Shown here in pieces: positions 1-10,095 of a stretch of DNA of 38,841 bases (within the stretch, counting starts at the first letter, position 1; each line of letters opens with the position of its first letter). A program made the position numbers and the translations under genes. This stretch comes from Chryseobacterium gleum (GTDB lineage: Bacteria; Bacteroidota; Bacteroidia; Flavobacteriales_D; Crocinitomicaceae): positions 1-38,841 of the forward strand of contig CALPSU020000001.1 in assembly GCA_943326315.2 (NCBI GenBank). The letters run 5' to 3'. Below the pieces are notes generated by a model. It was not told where the DNA came from. It saw only the letters and a program-made list of their open reading frames with translations, and did not search any database.

Positions 1-176
1 GTGCAAATTGGTTAGAAAGAGAGACATACGATTTCTATGGTGTTATTTTTTCAGGACATCCAAATTTAACTAGAATACTTAACGAAGATAGTATGGATTA
101 TTTTCCAATGCGTAAAGAATACCAATTGGAAGATGCTACAAGAGAAGATAAAGATGATCGCTTCTTTGGAAGATAA
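1..176 (+). CDS. nuoC: NADH-quinone oxidoreductase subunit C, C-terminal fragment (5' end outside window)
   Basis: Frame 3 is open from base 3 and reads [57 protein letters not shown], with stop TAA at 174-176. The ERE..D.FG..F.GHP.L.RIL pattern is typical of the 30-kDa subunit C-terminus. It lies 15 nt upstream of nuoD. Confidence 0.8.
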   Translation, partial: ANWLERETYDFYGVIFSGHPNLTRILNEDSMDYFPMRKEYQLEDATREDKDDRFFGR

Positions 177-191
177 TTTAATGATACTGCT

Positions 192-1427
192 ATGAGTAAC
201 GAATTAAAAGAAACTATTAAAGAGGAGTACAACGAAGGTTTATTGTCACATGAAACAATTGATGGCGATTTAGCGACTCTTAATTTAGGTCCTACACATC
301 CTGCAACACACGGTATTTTTGAAAATATTTTAACCATTGATGGAGAGAAAATTTTAGATGCCGTTCAAACAGTAGGTTATATTCACCGTGCTTTTGAAAA
401 ACTTGCAGAACGTAGACCTTACAACCAAATTACAACTATTACAGATAGATTAAACTATTGTTCATCCCCAATTAATAATATTGGTTGGGCATTGACAATG
501 GAAAAGTTAATAGGGATTGAAGTTCCAAAGCGCGTAGATTATATGCGTGTGATTATCATGGAATTAGCAAGAATTAACGATCATTTGATTTGTAATTCTG
601 TTGTTGGTGTAGATACTGGAGCTTTAACTGGATTTACATACTTATTTCAACAGCGTGAAGCGATTTACGAATTATTTGAAGAAGTTTGTGGAGCAAGATT
701 AACAACAAATATGTGTCGTATCGGTGGTTTCGAAAGAGATTTTTCGGATACTTTCTATTCAAAATTAGATACTTTCTTAATAGAATTCCCTAAAGTATTT
801 ACTGAATTTGATAGCTTACTTTCTCGTAACAGAATCTTTATGGATCGTACGATTGGAACTGGGCCAATTTCAGCTGAAAGAGCTTTAGAATATTCATTTT
901 CAGGACCAAATCTTAGAGCTGCAGGAGTTGATTATGATGTTCGTGTTATGAATCCTTATTGTTCTTATGAAGATTTCGATTTTATCGTTCCAGTAGGTTC
1001 AAACGGAGATACATACGATCGTTTTCAAGTTCGTCAGGAAGAAATTCGTCAAAGTTTATCTATCATTAAACAGGCACTAGCTAAAATGCCAGAAGGTGAT
1101 TACAAGGCTGATGTACCTGAGTTTTACCTTCCAAGAAAAGAAGATGTTTACGAGAAAATGGAATCTTTAATTTATCACTTTAAAATAGTAATGGGTGAAA
1201 CTCCTGTTCCTGTTGGTGAAATATATCATTCAGTAGAAGGTGGAAATGGTGAATTAGGATTTTATTTAATAAGTGATGGAGGCCGTACACCTTACCGTTT
1301 GCAATTCCGTCGCCCTTGTTTTATATATTATCAAGCATACCCAGAAATGATTATTGGTCAAACTATTAGTGATGCTGTATTGACATTAAGTAGTTTGAAT
1401 GTAATTGCTGGAGAATTGGACGCATAG
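192..1427 (+). CDS. nuoD: NADH-quinone oxidoreductase subunit D (49-kDa subunit)
   Basis: 411-aa ORF with NLGPTHPATHG near the N-terminus and a ...RRPCF...LNVIAGELDA C-terminus typical of NuoD. Operon position is between nuoC and nuoE. Confidence 0.93.
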   Translation: MSNELKETIKEEYNEGLLSHETIDGDLATLNLGPTHPATHGIFENILTIDGEKILDAVQTVGYIHRAFEKLAERRPYNQITTITDRLNYCSSPINNIGWALTMEKLIGIEVPKRVDYMRVIIMELARINDHLICNSVVGVDTGALTGFTYLFQQREAIYELFEEVCGARLTTNMCRIGGFERDFSDTFYSKLDTFLIEFPKVFTEFDSLLSRNRIFMDRTIGTGPISAERALEYSFSGPNLRAAGVDYDVRVMNPYCSYEDFDFIVPVGSNGDTYDRFQVRQEEIRQSLSIIKQALAKMPEGDYKADVPEFYLPRKEDVYEKMESLIYHFKIVMGETPVPVGEIYHSVEGGNGELGFYLISDGGRTPYRLQFRRPCFIYYQAYPEMIIGQTISDAVLTLSSLNVIAGELDA

Positions 1428-1429
1428 TT

Positions 1430-1972
1430 ATGATAAGTACATTAGAAACCCAAGCAAAAAGACCTCCTTTTAGTCCTGAAAAAATGGCTGAAGTGCAAGG
1501 AGTAATCAAACAATTTCCAGAAGGAAAACAAAAAAGCGCTATTCTAAGAGTTTTGCACATTGCTGAAGAGGAATTCGGAGGATGGTTAAGCCCTGAAACA
1601 ATGGATTATGTAGCTGGCTTGTTAGATATTCAATCAATTGAAGTATACGAAGTTGCCACTTTTTATACTATGTTTAACATGAAACCTACGGGGAAATTTG
1701 TATTCGAAGTTTGTCGTACAGGACCATGTATGTTGGTTGGAAGCGATGATATTATTGAATATATTAAAACTAAATTAGGTATTTCAAAAGTAGGTGAAAC
1801 AAGTGCTGACGGTATGTTTACATTGAAAACAGCTGAGTGTTTAGGTGCCTGTGGAGACGGACCAATGCTACAATGTGGTAAAGTATATCACGAACATTTA
1901 ACACCTGCTAAAGTAGATGCTTTAATGGACGAATACAGAGAAAAATATTCATCTTCAACTAATCAAAACTAA
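1430..1972 (+). CDS. nuoE: NADH-quinone oxidoreductase subunit E (24-kDa, 2Fe-2S)
   Basis: 180 aa with the Cys motifs CRTGPC and CLGACGDGP of the thioredoxin-like 2Fe-2S site. Starts 2 nt after the nuoD stop. Confidence 0.92.
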   Translation: MISTLETQAKRPPFSPEKMAEVQGVIKQFPEGKQKSAILRVLHIAEEEFGGWLSPETMDYVAGLLDIQSIEVYEVATFYTMFNMKPTGKFVFEVCRTGPCMLVGSDDIIEYIKTKLGISKVGETSADGMFTLKTAECLGACGDGPMLQCGKVYHEHLTPAKVDALMDEYREKYSSSTNQN

Positions 1973-3315
1973 TGGGAAGAAAGTTACTATTAGAGCACAT
2001 TAACGTTCCTGGAATTGAAACGTACGATGTTTACCGTAATCACGGTGGTTATAAATCAGTTGAAAAAGTTTTAAAAACAATGTCTCCTCAGGAGGTTGTG
2101 GAAGAAGTTCAAAAATCTGCTTTAAAGGGTAGAGGTGGAGCAGGTTTTCCAACTGGAATGAAATGGTCATTTTTAGCAAAACCTGAAGGTGTTCCAAGAT
2201 ATTTAGTTTGTAATGCAGATGAAAGTGAGCCTGGAACATTTAAAGATAGATTCTTGATGGAAAAACTTCCTCATTTGATGGTGGAAGGAATGATAACATC
2301 TAGTTATGCTTTAGGAGCTAATACATCTTATATTTACATTCGAGGTGAATATATGTTTGTGTTAGAGATTCTTGAGAAAGCAATAGCAGAGGCATACGAA
2401 AAAGGTTGGTTAGGGAAAAATATTCAAGGATCTGGATATGATTTAGATTTATATGTTGCACCAGGAGGTGGAGCTTATATTTGTGGTGAGGAAACAGCTT
2501 TGTTAGAGTCTTTAGAAGGAAAAAGAGGAAACCCAAGAATGAAACCACCATTTCCAGCTATCAAAGGATTATATGGTTGTCCAACTGTAGTAAATAATGT
2601 TGAAAGTATTTGTACTGTTGTTCCAATTATAAACATTGGCGCTGACGAATATCTTAAAATTGGTACAGAAAAAAGTTCAGGTACGAAATTGATCTCTGCT
2701 TGCGGAAATCTAGCTCGACCAGGAGTTTATGAAATAGAATTAGGAATGTCTGTAGAAGATTTTATCTACGGTGATGAGTGGTGTAGAGGAATTGCAAACG
2801 GGAAAAAGATTAAAGCTTTAATCCCAGGTGGTTCATCTGTTCCGATTTTACCAGCACATTTAATTACAACAACTGCAGCTGGAGAAACAAGATACATGAG
2901 TTACGAAAGTTTATCAGATGGTGGATTCGCAAGTGGATCTATGTTAGGTTCTGGTGGATTTATTGTTTTTGATGAAGATCAGTGTATTGTAAGAAATACG
3001 TGGAATTTTGCTCGTTTTTATGCACATGAATCATGTGGACAATGTTCTCCTTGTAGAGAAGGTACTTCATGGATGGAGAAAGTTCTTCACCGTTTAGAAA
3101 CTGGAAAAGGAAACATGCGTGACATTGATTTATTGGCTGAAATCAATAAAAAAATAGAAGGAAATACAATTTGTCCTTTGGGTGATGCTGCCGCATGGCC
3201 GGTTGCTGCCGCGATTCGTCATTTCCGTGAGGAATTTGAATGGCACGTTACACATCCAGAAGATGCTGTAAAAGGGAACTACGGTTTATTAAAAACTCCA
3301 TCAATAACTTTATAA
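1972..3315 (+). CDS. nuoF: NADH-quinone oxidoreductase subunit F (51-kDa, FMN/NADH site)
   Basis: 447 aa with the GRGGAGFPTG FMN/NADH motif and ESCGQCSPCREG...ICPLGD 4Fe-4S ligands. The start overlaps the nuoE stop by 1 nt (TAATG). Confidence 0.95.
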   Translation: MGRKLLLEHINVPGIETYDVYRNHGGYKSVEKVLKTMSPQEVVEEVQKSALKGRGGAGFPTGMKWSFLAKPEGVPRYLVCNADESEPGTFKDRFLMEKLPHLMVEGMITSSYALGANTSYIYIRGEYMFVLEILEKAIAEAYEKGWLGKNIQGSGYDLDLYVAPGGGAYICGEETALLESLEGKRGNPRMKPPFPAIKGLYGCPTVVNNVESICTVVPIINIGADEYLKIGTEKSSGTKLISACGNLARPGVYEIELGMSVEDFIYGDEWCRGIANGKKIKALIPGGSSVPILPAHLITTTAAGETRYMSYESLSDGGFASGSMLGSGGFIVFDEDQCIVRNTWNFARFYAHESCGQCSPCREGTSWMEKVLHRLETGKGNMRDIDLLAEINKKIEGNTICPLGDAAAWPVAAAIRHFREEFEWHVTHPEDAVKGNYGLLKTPSITL

Positions 3316-3325
3316 AAATACAATT

Positions 3326-4294
3326 ATGATCAAAGTCACAATTGATGATATAGAAATAGAAGTAGAAGAAGGAACAACGATTATGAATGCTGCTCGAATG
3401 ATCGGTGGTGATGTCGTTCCTCCTGCTATGTGTTATTATAGCTCACTTCCTGGTACTGGTGGGAAATGTAGAACTTGCTTAGTAGAAGTTGCTGCTGGTT
3501 CAACAAAAGATCCTCGACCAATGCCAAAATTAATGGTTTCTTGTTCTACAACAGTTCAAGATGGAATGATTGTAAAAAATAGAACGAGCGAAAAGGTAAT
3601 AGAAAACCGTGGAGCTGTCGTTGAGTTTTTATTGATTAACCACCCATTAGATTGTCCAGTTTGCGATCAGGCAGGAGAATGTGATCTACAAGATTTAGGT
3701 TTTTCTCATGGTAAGGAAGGGTCTCGTTACGAGGAAGAAAAAAGAACATTTGAACCGATTGATATTGGTGAAAATATCAAGTTGCATATGAATAGATGTA
3801 TCTTGTGTTATAGATGTGTTCATGTAGCGAATCAATTAACTGATCAAAGAGTGCATGGAGCTTTACACAGGGGTGATCATACCGAAATCAGTACATATAT
3901 TGAGAAAGCTGTTGATAATGAGTTTTCAGGTAATATGATTGATGTTTGTCCTGTTGGGGCTTTAACAGATAAAACTTCTCGTTTTAAAAGTCGTATTTGG
4001 TTCTTAAATCCAATGAATGCTACTTGTGAATGTACAAAATGTTCAGGTAAAGCAGTAGTTTGGATGTTCGGAAAACAAGTTTATAGAGTTTCGGTTCGTC
4101 AAGATAAATATGGTGAAGTAGAAGTTGAAAATGGAAAACCAAATTGGCTTTGTAACGATTGTCGTTTTGACAAGAAAGATGTAACTAAATGGAATATTGA
4201 AGGTCCACGTCATATTGATCGTCATTCAGTTATTTCTCAAGGACATTACGAAAAACCAAATCCGTTGAAAAACGTGACTAAAAATATAGAATAA
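3326..4294 (+). CDS. nuoG: NADH-quinone oxidoreductase subunit G, short form (Fe-S N-terminal module only)
   Basis: 322 aa. Cluster ligands are C36/C48/C51/C73 (2Fe-2S), H106/C110/C113/C119 and C158/C161/C164/C208 (4Fe-4S). There is no molybdopterin-oxidoreductase-like C-terminal domain. Confidence 0.85.
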   Translation: MIKVTIDDIEIEVEEGTTIMNAARMIGGDVVPPAMCYYSSLPGTGGKCRTCLVEVAAGSTKDPRPMPKLMVSCSTTVQDGMIVKNRTSEKVIENRGAVVEFLLINHPLDCPVCDQAGECDLQDLGFSHGKEGSRYEEEKRTFEPIDIGENIKLHMNRCILCYRCVHVANQLTDQRVHGALHRGDHTEISTYIEKAVDNEFSGNMIDVCPVGALTDKTSRFKSRIWFLNPMNATCECTKCSGKAVVWMFGKQVYRVSVRQDKYGEVEVENGKPNWLCNDCRFDKKDVTKWNIEGPRHIDRHSVISQGHYEKPNPLKNVTKNIE

Positions 4295-5328
4295 TGGATA
4301 CAGGATTATTTTTAGAAAAACTTATTTTAGTTGTAATTCTTTTTGCTATTTCATTGGGAATAGCTATGTATTCAACTTATTTAGAGCGAAAAGTTGCTGC
4401 TTGGTTTCAAGATCGTGTTGGTCCAGATAGAGCAGGTCCTTTTGGGTTGCTTCAACCTTTAGCAGATGGAGGTAAAATGTTTTTTAAAGAAGATTTCACT
4501 CCTTTTAGCTCAGATAAATGGTTGTTTATAATTGCACCTGGTATTGCAATGTTTGTTTCTTTAATAACAAGTGCTGTTATTCCATGGGGACCAAATTTAT
4601 TCGCTTTTGGAAGAGATATTCAATTGCAAGTTGCTAACGTAGATATAGGTATTCTATTTATCATGGGATTTGTTTCTATTGGAGTTTATGGAATTATGAT
4701 TGGTGGATGGGCTTCAAATAACAAATTTTCTTTGTTTGGAGCTATTCGAGCGTCTTCTCAAATGATTTCTTACGAATTAGCAATGGGAATATCAGTAATT
4801 ACAATTGTTTTACTAACAGGAAGTTTAAGTTTAAAAGATATAGTTGAAGCTCAACATGGTATAAATTGGTTTGTTTGGAAACAACCTTTAGCCTTCATTA
4901 TATTTTTTGTTTGTGCTTTAGCAGAATGTAATAGAGCACCTTTCGATTTAGCTGAATGTGAAAGCGAGTTAATTGGTGGATATCACACCGAATATGGCTC
5001 TATGAAATTAGGTTTCTTCTTATTTGCTGAATATACAAATATGTTCATCTCTTCAGCAGTAATTGCGGCATTGTTCTTTGGAGGATATAATTTCCCAGGT
5101 ATGGATGCTTTCTCTGGAAATCTATTATCTATACTTTGTGTAGCAGCTTTCTTTGTGAAAATTGTATTTTTCATTTTTCTGTTTATGTGGGTAAGATGGA
5201 CAATCCCGAGATTTAGATACGATCAATTAATGCATTTAGGATGGAAAAAAATGATTCCTATTGCTTTAATTAATTTATTGGTAACTGCAATTGTAATCGC
5301 CTTCATTGAAGGATGGTTTAATTCATAA
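4294..5328 (+). CDS. nuoH: NADH-quinone oxidoreductase subunit H
   Basis: 344-aa polytopic membrane protein with ERKVAAWFQDRVGP near the N-terminus and the ECNRAPFDLAECESEL motif typical of NuoH/ND1. Overlaps the nuoG stop by 1 nt. Confidence 0.93.
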   Translation: MDTGLFLEKLILVVILFAISLGIAMYSTYLERKVAAWFQDRVGPDRAGPFGLLQPLADGGKMFFKEDFTPFSSDKWLFIIAPGIAMFVSLITSAVIPWGPNLFAFGRDIQLQVANVDIGILFIMGFVSIGVYGIMIGGWASNNKFSLFGAIRASSQMISYELAMGISVITIVLLTGSLSLKDIVEAQHGINWFVWKQPLAFIIFFVCALAECNRAPFDLAECESELIGGYHTEYGSMKLGFFLFAEYTNMFISSAVIAALFFGGYNFPGMDAFSGNLLSILCVAAFFVKIVFFIFLFMWVRWTIPRFRYDQLMHLGWKKMIPIALINLLVTAIVIAFIEGWFNS

Positions 5329-5345
5329 TTCTTAGATACTGAACT

Positions 5346-5888
5346 ATGCAAAGTTTAACGAATAGAAGTAAAATGGTTTCAAACAAGAAAATGACTTTTC
5401 TTGAGAAATTATATTTACCTGCGATTTTTGGAGGAATGCTTATCACTTTTAAGCATTTATTTAAGAAAAATAATACACTGAAATACCCTGAAGAAACAAA
5501 AGTTTTTGCTCCAGTGTATCGTGGGCTACATGTTTTGAAAAGAGATGAGCAAGGTAGAGAAAATTGTACTGCTTGTGGATTATGCGCTGTAGCATGTCCT
5601 GCTGAAGCTATTACGATGGTTGCAGGTGAAAGAAAAAAAGGAGAAGAAACTTTATATAGAGAAGAAAAATATGCTGAAACATATGAAATCAATATGTTAC
5701 GTTGTATTTTTTGCGGTTTATGTGAAGAAGCTTGTCCAAAAGAGGCAATTTTCTTGACAGACCGAATTGTTCCTTCTCAATATGAAAGAGAAGATTTTAT
5801 TATGGGCAAAGATCGCTTAGTAGAAGATTTAGATAATAGAATAGATATTTCAAAGCGTCAATTGACTGGTAAAAGAAACGAGATATGA
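5346..5888 (+). CDS. nuoI: NADH-quinone oxidoreductase subunit I (2x4Fe-4S ferredoxin)
   Basis: Two CxxCxxCxxxCP motifs (CTACGLCAVACP and CIFCGLCEEACP). The start could instead be the internal Met at codon 10. Confidence 0.9.
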   Translation: MQSLTNRSKMVSNKKMTFLEKLYLPAIFGGMLITFKHLFKKNNTLKYPEETKVFAPVYRGLHVLKRDEQGRENCTACGLCAVACPAEAITMVAGERKKGEETLYREEKYAETYEINMLRCIFCGLCEEACPKEAIFLTDRIVPSQYEREDFIMGKDRLVEDLDNRIDISKRQLTGKRNEI

Positions 5889-6397
5889 ATATAGAAACAA
5901 TCGCATATATTTTAGGGGGCTTAACGATCGGTTCAGCTTTGATGGTTATTTTAAGTCAGCACCCTATCAGAAGTATTCTTTATTTGGTGGTTACATTTTT
6001 CATGATTTCTGCTAATTATGTACTTATGAACGCTCAATTTTTAGCAATTGTAAACATCATTGTCTATGCTGGAGCAATTATGGTATTATTCCTTTTCGTT
6101 TTGATGATGTTGAATTTGAGTAAAGATACAGAACCAAAAAGTTCAATTCCAATGGTTGCTGCTTCTGTTATTGCAGGAGGATCACTTTTAGTTGTTTTTA
6201 TAGCAGCATTGAGAGATGCAACAGTTGCTGTGATTTCTGTAGGTGATAACTCAAATGAAATAGGATTAGTAAAAACATTAGGACATAAATTATTTACAAC
6301 GTATGTTCTTCCTTTTGAAATGTCGTCTGTTTTGTTTATTTCAGCAATCGTTGGTGCTGTTTTATTAGCTAAACGTGAAAAACAAATAATTGATTAA
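5885..6397 (+). CDS. nuoJ: NADH-quinone oxidoreductase subunit J
   Basis: 170-aa hydrophobic protein in the canonical operon position. ATGA overlap with the nuoI stop. Confidence 0.85.
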   Translation: MNIETIAYILGGLTIGSALMVILSQHPIRSILYLVVTFFMISANYVLMNAQFLAIVNIIVYAGAIMVLFLFVLMMLNLSKDTEPKSSIPMVAASVIAGGSLLVVFIAALRDATVAVISVGDNSNEIGLVKTLGHKLFTTYVLPFEMSSVLFISAIVGAVLLAKREKQIID

Positions 6398-6399
6398 TT

Positions 6400-6726
6400 A
6401 TGGTATTAGCAACTATTTTTGAATCCGTTCCGATTCAGTATTATTTAGTATTATCATCTATCCTTTTTGTTATTGGAGTGGTTGGTGTACTAATACGTAA
6501 AAATGCAATCATCGTTTTGATGTGTATTGAATTAATGTTAAATGCTGTCAACCTTTTATTGGTTGCATTCTCAACATATTTCGGTCAATCTGACGGTCAG
6601 TTATTCGTGTTCTTTATTATGGTTGTAGCTGCAGCCGAAGCAACTGTTGGATTGTCGATTTTAGTATTGATTTACCGTAACACAAGATCTGTGGATATAG
6701 GGTTATTTAATAAACTTAAAGATTAA
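6400..6726 (+). CDS. nuoK: NADH-quinone oxidoreductase subunit K
   Basis: 108-aa three-helix membrane protein with ...MCIELMLNAVNL... and ...AAAEATVGLSIL... motifs typical of NuoK/ND4L. Confidence 0.9.
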   Translation: MVLATIFESVPIQYYLVLSSILFVIGVVGVLIRKNAIIVLMCIELMLNAVNLLLVAFSTYFGQSDGQLFVFFIMVVAAAEATVGLSILVLIYRNTRSVDIGLFNKLKD

Positions 6727-6731
6727 TTAGT

Positions 6732-8651
6732 ATGTCTATAGAACAACTTATACCAATTATTATAGCATTACCTTTAATTGCTGGTGCTATCAATGGTATT
6801 TACGGAAAAAAGCTACCTAAGATCTTAGTTGGATCTTTAGCTACGATAACCGTTTTTACCTCTTTCTTCTTAGCATTAACTGTTTTCTTTCAAATGAATG
6901 AAGCGGTTCATATCAATTTGTTTACCATTTTGAAATTAGAAGATTTTTCTTTAAATGCTCGTCTTTTAGTAGATAACCTGTCAATCTGGATGGTACTTAT
7001 TATAACTGGAGTAGGAGCTTTGATTCATTTATTCTCTATGGGTTATATGAGTCACGATGAAGGTTATTATAAGTTCTTTACCTATTTGAATTTATTCATC
7101 TTTGCAATGTTAATTTTAGTATTAGGTAGCAATTATTTTATGCTTTTCTTTGGATGGGAAGGGGTAGGTATATGTTCATACTTGTTAATTGGTTTCCATT
7201 ACAGCGATGCTCAGAAAGGAATGTTGAATGGTTTGGCTGCTAGAAAAGCATTCATTATGAATAGAGTTGGTGATTTAGGTTTATTAATAGGACTTTTCTT
7301 ACTATTAGCTCAGTTTGGAACTTTAGAGTATACTGAATTAGCAGATAAAATTAGCATGGATAATATTCCTGTTGGCGCTGCTTCGATGTTTGCTATTACA
7401 CTTTGTTTATTCATTGGTGCAACTGGTAAAAGTGCGCAAATTCCATTATTTACTTGGCTACCAGATGCAATGGCAGGACCAACTCCTGTTTCGGCATTGA
7501 TTCACGCTGCAACAATGGTAACTGCTGGTATCTTTTTGGTAGTTCGTTCTAATTTCTTGTTTGAATTAGCACCAATGACGCAAGATATTATGTTGTACAT
7601 TGGATTAGCGACTTCATTGATTGCTGCATTCATTGCTCTTCGTCAAAATGATATTAAAAAGGTATTGGCCTATTCTACAGTTTCACAATTAGGTTTATTA
7701 TTTGTAGCATTAGGAATGGGGGCTTATACAGCTGCTATGTTCCATGTTACTACTCATGCCTTTTTTAAAGCTTTACTTTTCTTAGGTTCTGGAAGTGTAA
7801 TTCATGCAATGTCTGACGAACAAGATATTCGTAAAATGGGTGGTTTGAAAAAATTCATTCCTACTACACATGTTACTTTTTTGATCGGAACTCTAGCTAT
7901 TTCAGGTTTTCCATTACTTTCAGGTTTCTATTCTAAAGATGAAATTTTAGGTCATGCATTTGGTCACAATCCTTTGCTTTATGTTGTATTGATGATCAGT
8001 GTTACTTTAACTGCAATATATATGTTCAGAATGTATTTTGTAGTTTTTCATGGAACATTTAGAGGAACGAAAGAGCAAGAAAACCATTTACATGAAAGTC
8101 CTGCAAATATGACTATTCCTTTGGTTATTTTAGCTATTCTTTCTGTTTTTGGAGGTGTTTTAAATCTCCCAGGTTTATTTTTGAAAAATGGAGCACATTG
8201 GATGTCTCATAATTTAAGTCATAATGTTAAAGGTCTAGATTTTATTACATCAGAACACTTGGATAATGGCACAACAATGATGTTGATGGCTGTTGCAGTT
8301 TTGGTTTGTTTAGGAGCTTTATCTTTTTGTTATTCAGCTTATGTTAAAAAATCGCAACTTCCTGTTGAAGATGATAAATTAACAGGATGGGCAAAAGCAT
8401 CTGCAAATAAATTATACTTCGACGAAATTTACAATGCCTTATTTGTAAAACCTATTGAATGGGTTTCAGAAAAAGGTCATCAAGTTATAGAGCTTTTACT
8501 GTTGAATGGAATTATTTCATTTGCTACAAAAACGATTGACAGATCGGGAGAATTAGTTAAAAAATGGCAATCAGGTAAAACGGATTGGTATATTTTATGG
8601 ATGGTTTTCGGAATTGTTGGATTAGTTATTTATTATCTTCTAAATTTTTAA
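6732..8651 (+). CDS. nuoL: NADH-quinone oxidoreductase subunit L
   Basis: 639-aa antiporter-like subunit with WEGVG, GKSAQIPLFTWLPDAMAGPTPVSALIHAATMVTAG and a C-terminal lateral-helix extension. Confidence 0.93.
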   Translation: MSIEQLIPIIIALPLIAGAINGIYGKKLPKILVGSLATITVFTSFFLALTVFFQMNEAVHINLFTILKLEDFSLNARLLVDNLSIWMVLIITGVGALIHLFSMGYMSHDEGYYKFFTYLNLFIFAMLILVLGSNYFMLFFGWEGVGICSYLLIGFHYSDAQKGMLNGLAARKAFIMNRVGDLGLLIGLFLLLAQFGTLEYTELADKISMDNIPVGAASMFAITLCLFIGATGKSAQIPLFTWLPDAMAGPTPVSALIHAATMVTAGIFLVVRSNFLFELAPMTQDIMLYIGLATSLIAAFIALRQNDIKKVLAYSTVSQLGLLFVALGMGAYTAAMFHVTTHAFFKALLFLGSGSVIHAMSDEQDIRKMGGLKKFIPTTHVTFLIGTLAISGFPLLSGFYSKDEILGHAFGHNPLLYVVLMISVTLTAIYMFRMYFVVFHGTFRGTKEQENHLHESPANMTIPLVILAILSVFGGVLNLPGLFLKNGAHWMSHNLSHNVKGLDFITSEHLDNGTTMMLMAVAVLVCLGALSFCYSAYVKKSQLPVEDDKLTGWAKASANKLYFDEIYNALFVKPIEWVSEKGHQVIELLLLNGIISFATKTIDRSGELVKKWQSGKTDWYILWMVFGIVGLVIYYLLNF

Positions 8652-8654
8652 GCT

Positions 8655-10094
8655 TTGGAAATATTATTAATACCCTTTTTATTTGCACTTCTTTCCTTGG
8701 TTGTTCCAAGTAATTTTGTGCGACAATTTTCACTATTAGGTGGAATTACTTCTTTAGTATTTACAATCGGTCATTTTTGCACATTCGATATAGCAACTTT
8801 TGTTACGATTTTAGAGCCTAAAAATATCTCAGGATTTGGTTTTACTTGTAAAATGGGATACGATGGAATGAGTTTGTTCATGGTTTTATTGACAAACGTG
8901 ATTACTTTTTTAATTATCCTAAGTAATTATAATAGAGATTTGTCTTCTAACAGAACGTTTACTGCATTAGTATTCTTTATGCAATTAGCTTTGTTGGGTG
9001 TTTTCACATCCTTTGATGGGTTGTTATTTTACATCTTTTGGGAACTTACATTAATTCCAGTATTCTTAATTGCTTTATGGTATGGTGGAAAAGATAGAAA
9101 AACAGCATTAGTAAAATTCTTTATCTACACGTTTGTTGGATCTTTAGCAATGTTGTTATCCTTAATGGCAATAAAAGGACATGCAAAAAGCTTTTCACAT
9201 TCTGATTTAATGGCAGCGGAATTAACTGCAAAATCAGCTTTCTGGATTTTTGGAGGTTTCTTCTTAGCTTTCGCAATTAAAATACCATTGTTTCCATTTC
9301 ATACTTGGCAACCAAACACATATACAACTTCTCCAATGGCTGGAACGATGTTGTTATCTGCATTGATGTTAAAAATGGCTTTGTATGGAATGATTCGTTG
9401 GCTAATTCCATTGGCTCCAGAAGCTTTAACAGAAATGACGTATCCAATTGTGGTTTTAGGTATAATTGGGGTTGTTTATGCTGGTGTTTTAGCAATCAAA
9501 CAAAATGACATCAAACGCTTATTTGCTTTTGCATCAATTAGTCATGTTGGTTTAATTGCAGCAGGTGCAATTTTAATTGGTCATGATAATTGGTCAGCTG
9601 TATTTGTTCAAATGGCAAACCACAGTTTAGTTGCTGTTGGTTTATTCTTATCTGCTGATATTATTGAGCAACGATTAGGAATTAGAACTTTAAGTGATTT
9701 AGGAGGAATAGCAAAACAAGCTCCTAAATTTGCATTTATGTTTGGTGCTTTGGTTTTAGCAGCAATTTCAGTTCCTCTATCCATGGGGTTTATTGGTGAG
9801 TTTATGTTGTTAAAAGGTATCTTTTCTTACAATGTATTAATAGGTGTTATTGCAGGAACTACATTAATTGTTGGCGCTGTTTATACATTAAGAGCATACC
9901 AATTAAGTATGTATGGTGCACCAAAAACAATACCTTTTGCAGATTTAACATGGAATGAATGGTTAGCTTATTTGATTATCATGGTTTTGATAGTTGTTTT
10001 TGGTATTCATGCTCAAACAATCATCGATTTCTTGTCGCCAAGCATCGACAGTTTATTAGAATCAGTTAAAACGATTAATACTTTACATCAATAA
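8655..10094 (+). CDS. nuoM: NADH-quinone oxidoreductase subunit M (TTG start)
   Basis: 479-aa antiporter-like subunit (FAIKIPLFPFHTWQPNTY...). The only in-frame start near the nuoL stop is TTG at 8655. Confidence 0.88.
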   Translation: MEILLIPFLFALLSLVVPSNFVRQFSLLGGITSLVFTIGHFCTFDIATFVTILEPKNISGFGFTCKMGYDGMSLFMVLLTNVITFLIILSNYNRDLSSNRTFTALVFFMQLALLGVFTSFDGLLFYIFWELTLIPVFLIALWYGGKDRKTALVKFFIYTFVGSLAMLLSLMAIKGHAKSFSHSDLMAAELTAKSAFWIFGGFFLAFAIKIPLFPFHTWQPNTYTTSPMAGTMLLSALMLKMALYGMIRWLIPLAPEALTEMTYPIVVLGIIGVVYAGVLAIKQNDIKRLFAFASISHVGLIAAGAILIGHDNWSAVFVQMANHSLVAVGLFLSADIIEQRLGIRTLSDLGGIAKQAPKFAFMFGALVLAAISVPLSMGFIGEFMLLKGIFSYNVLIGVIAGTTLIVGAVYTLRAYQLSMYGAPKTIPFADLTWNEWLAYLIIMVLIVVFGIHAQTIIDFLSPSIDSLLESVKTINTLHQ

Positions 10095-10095
10095 T

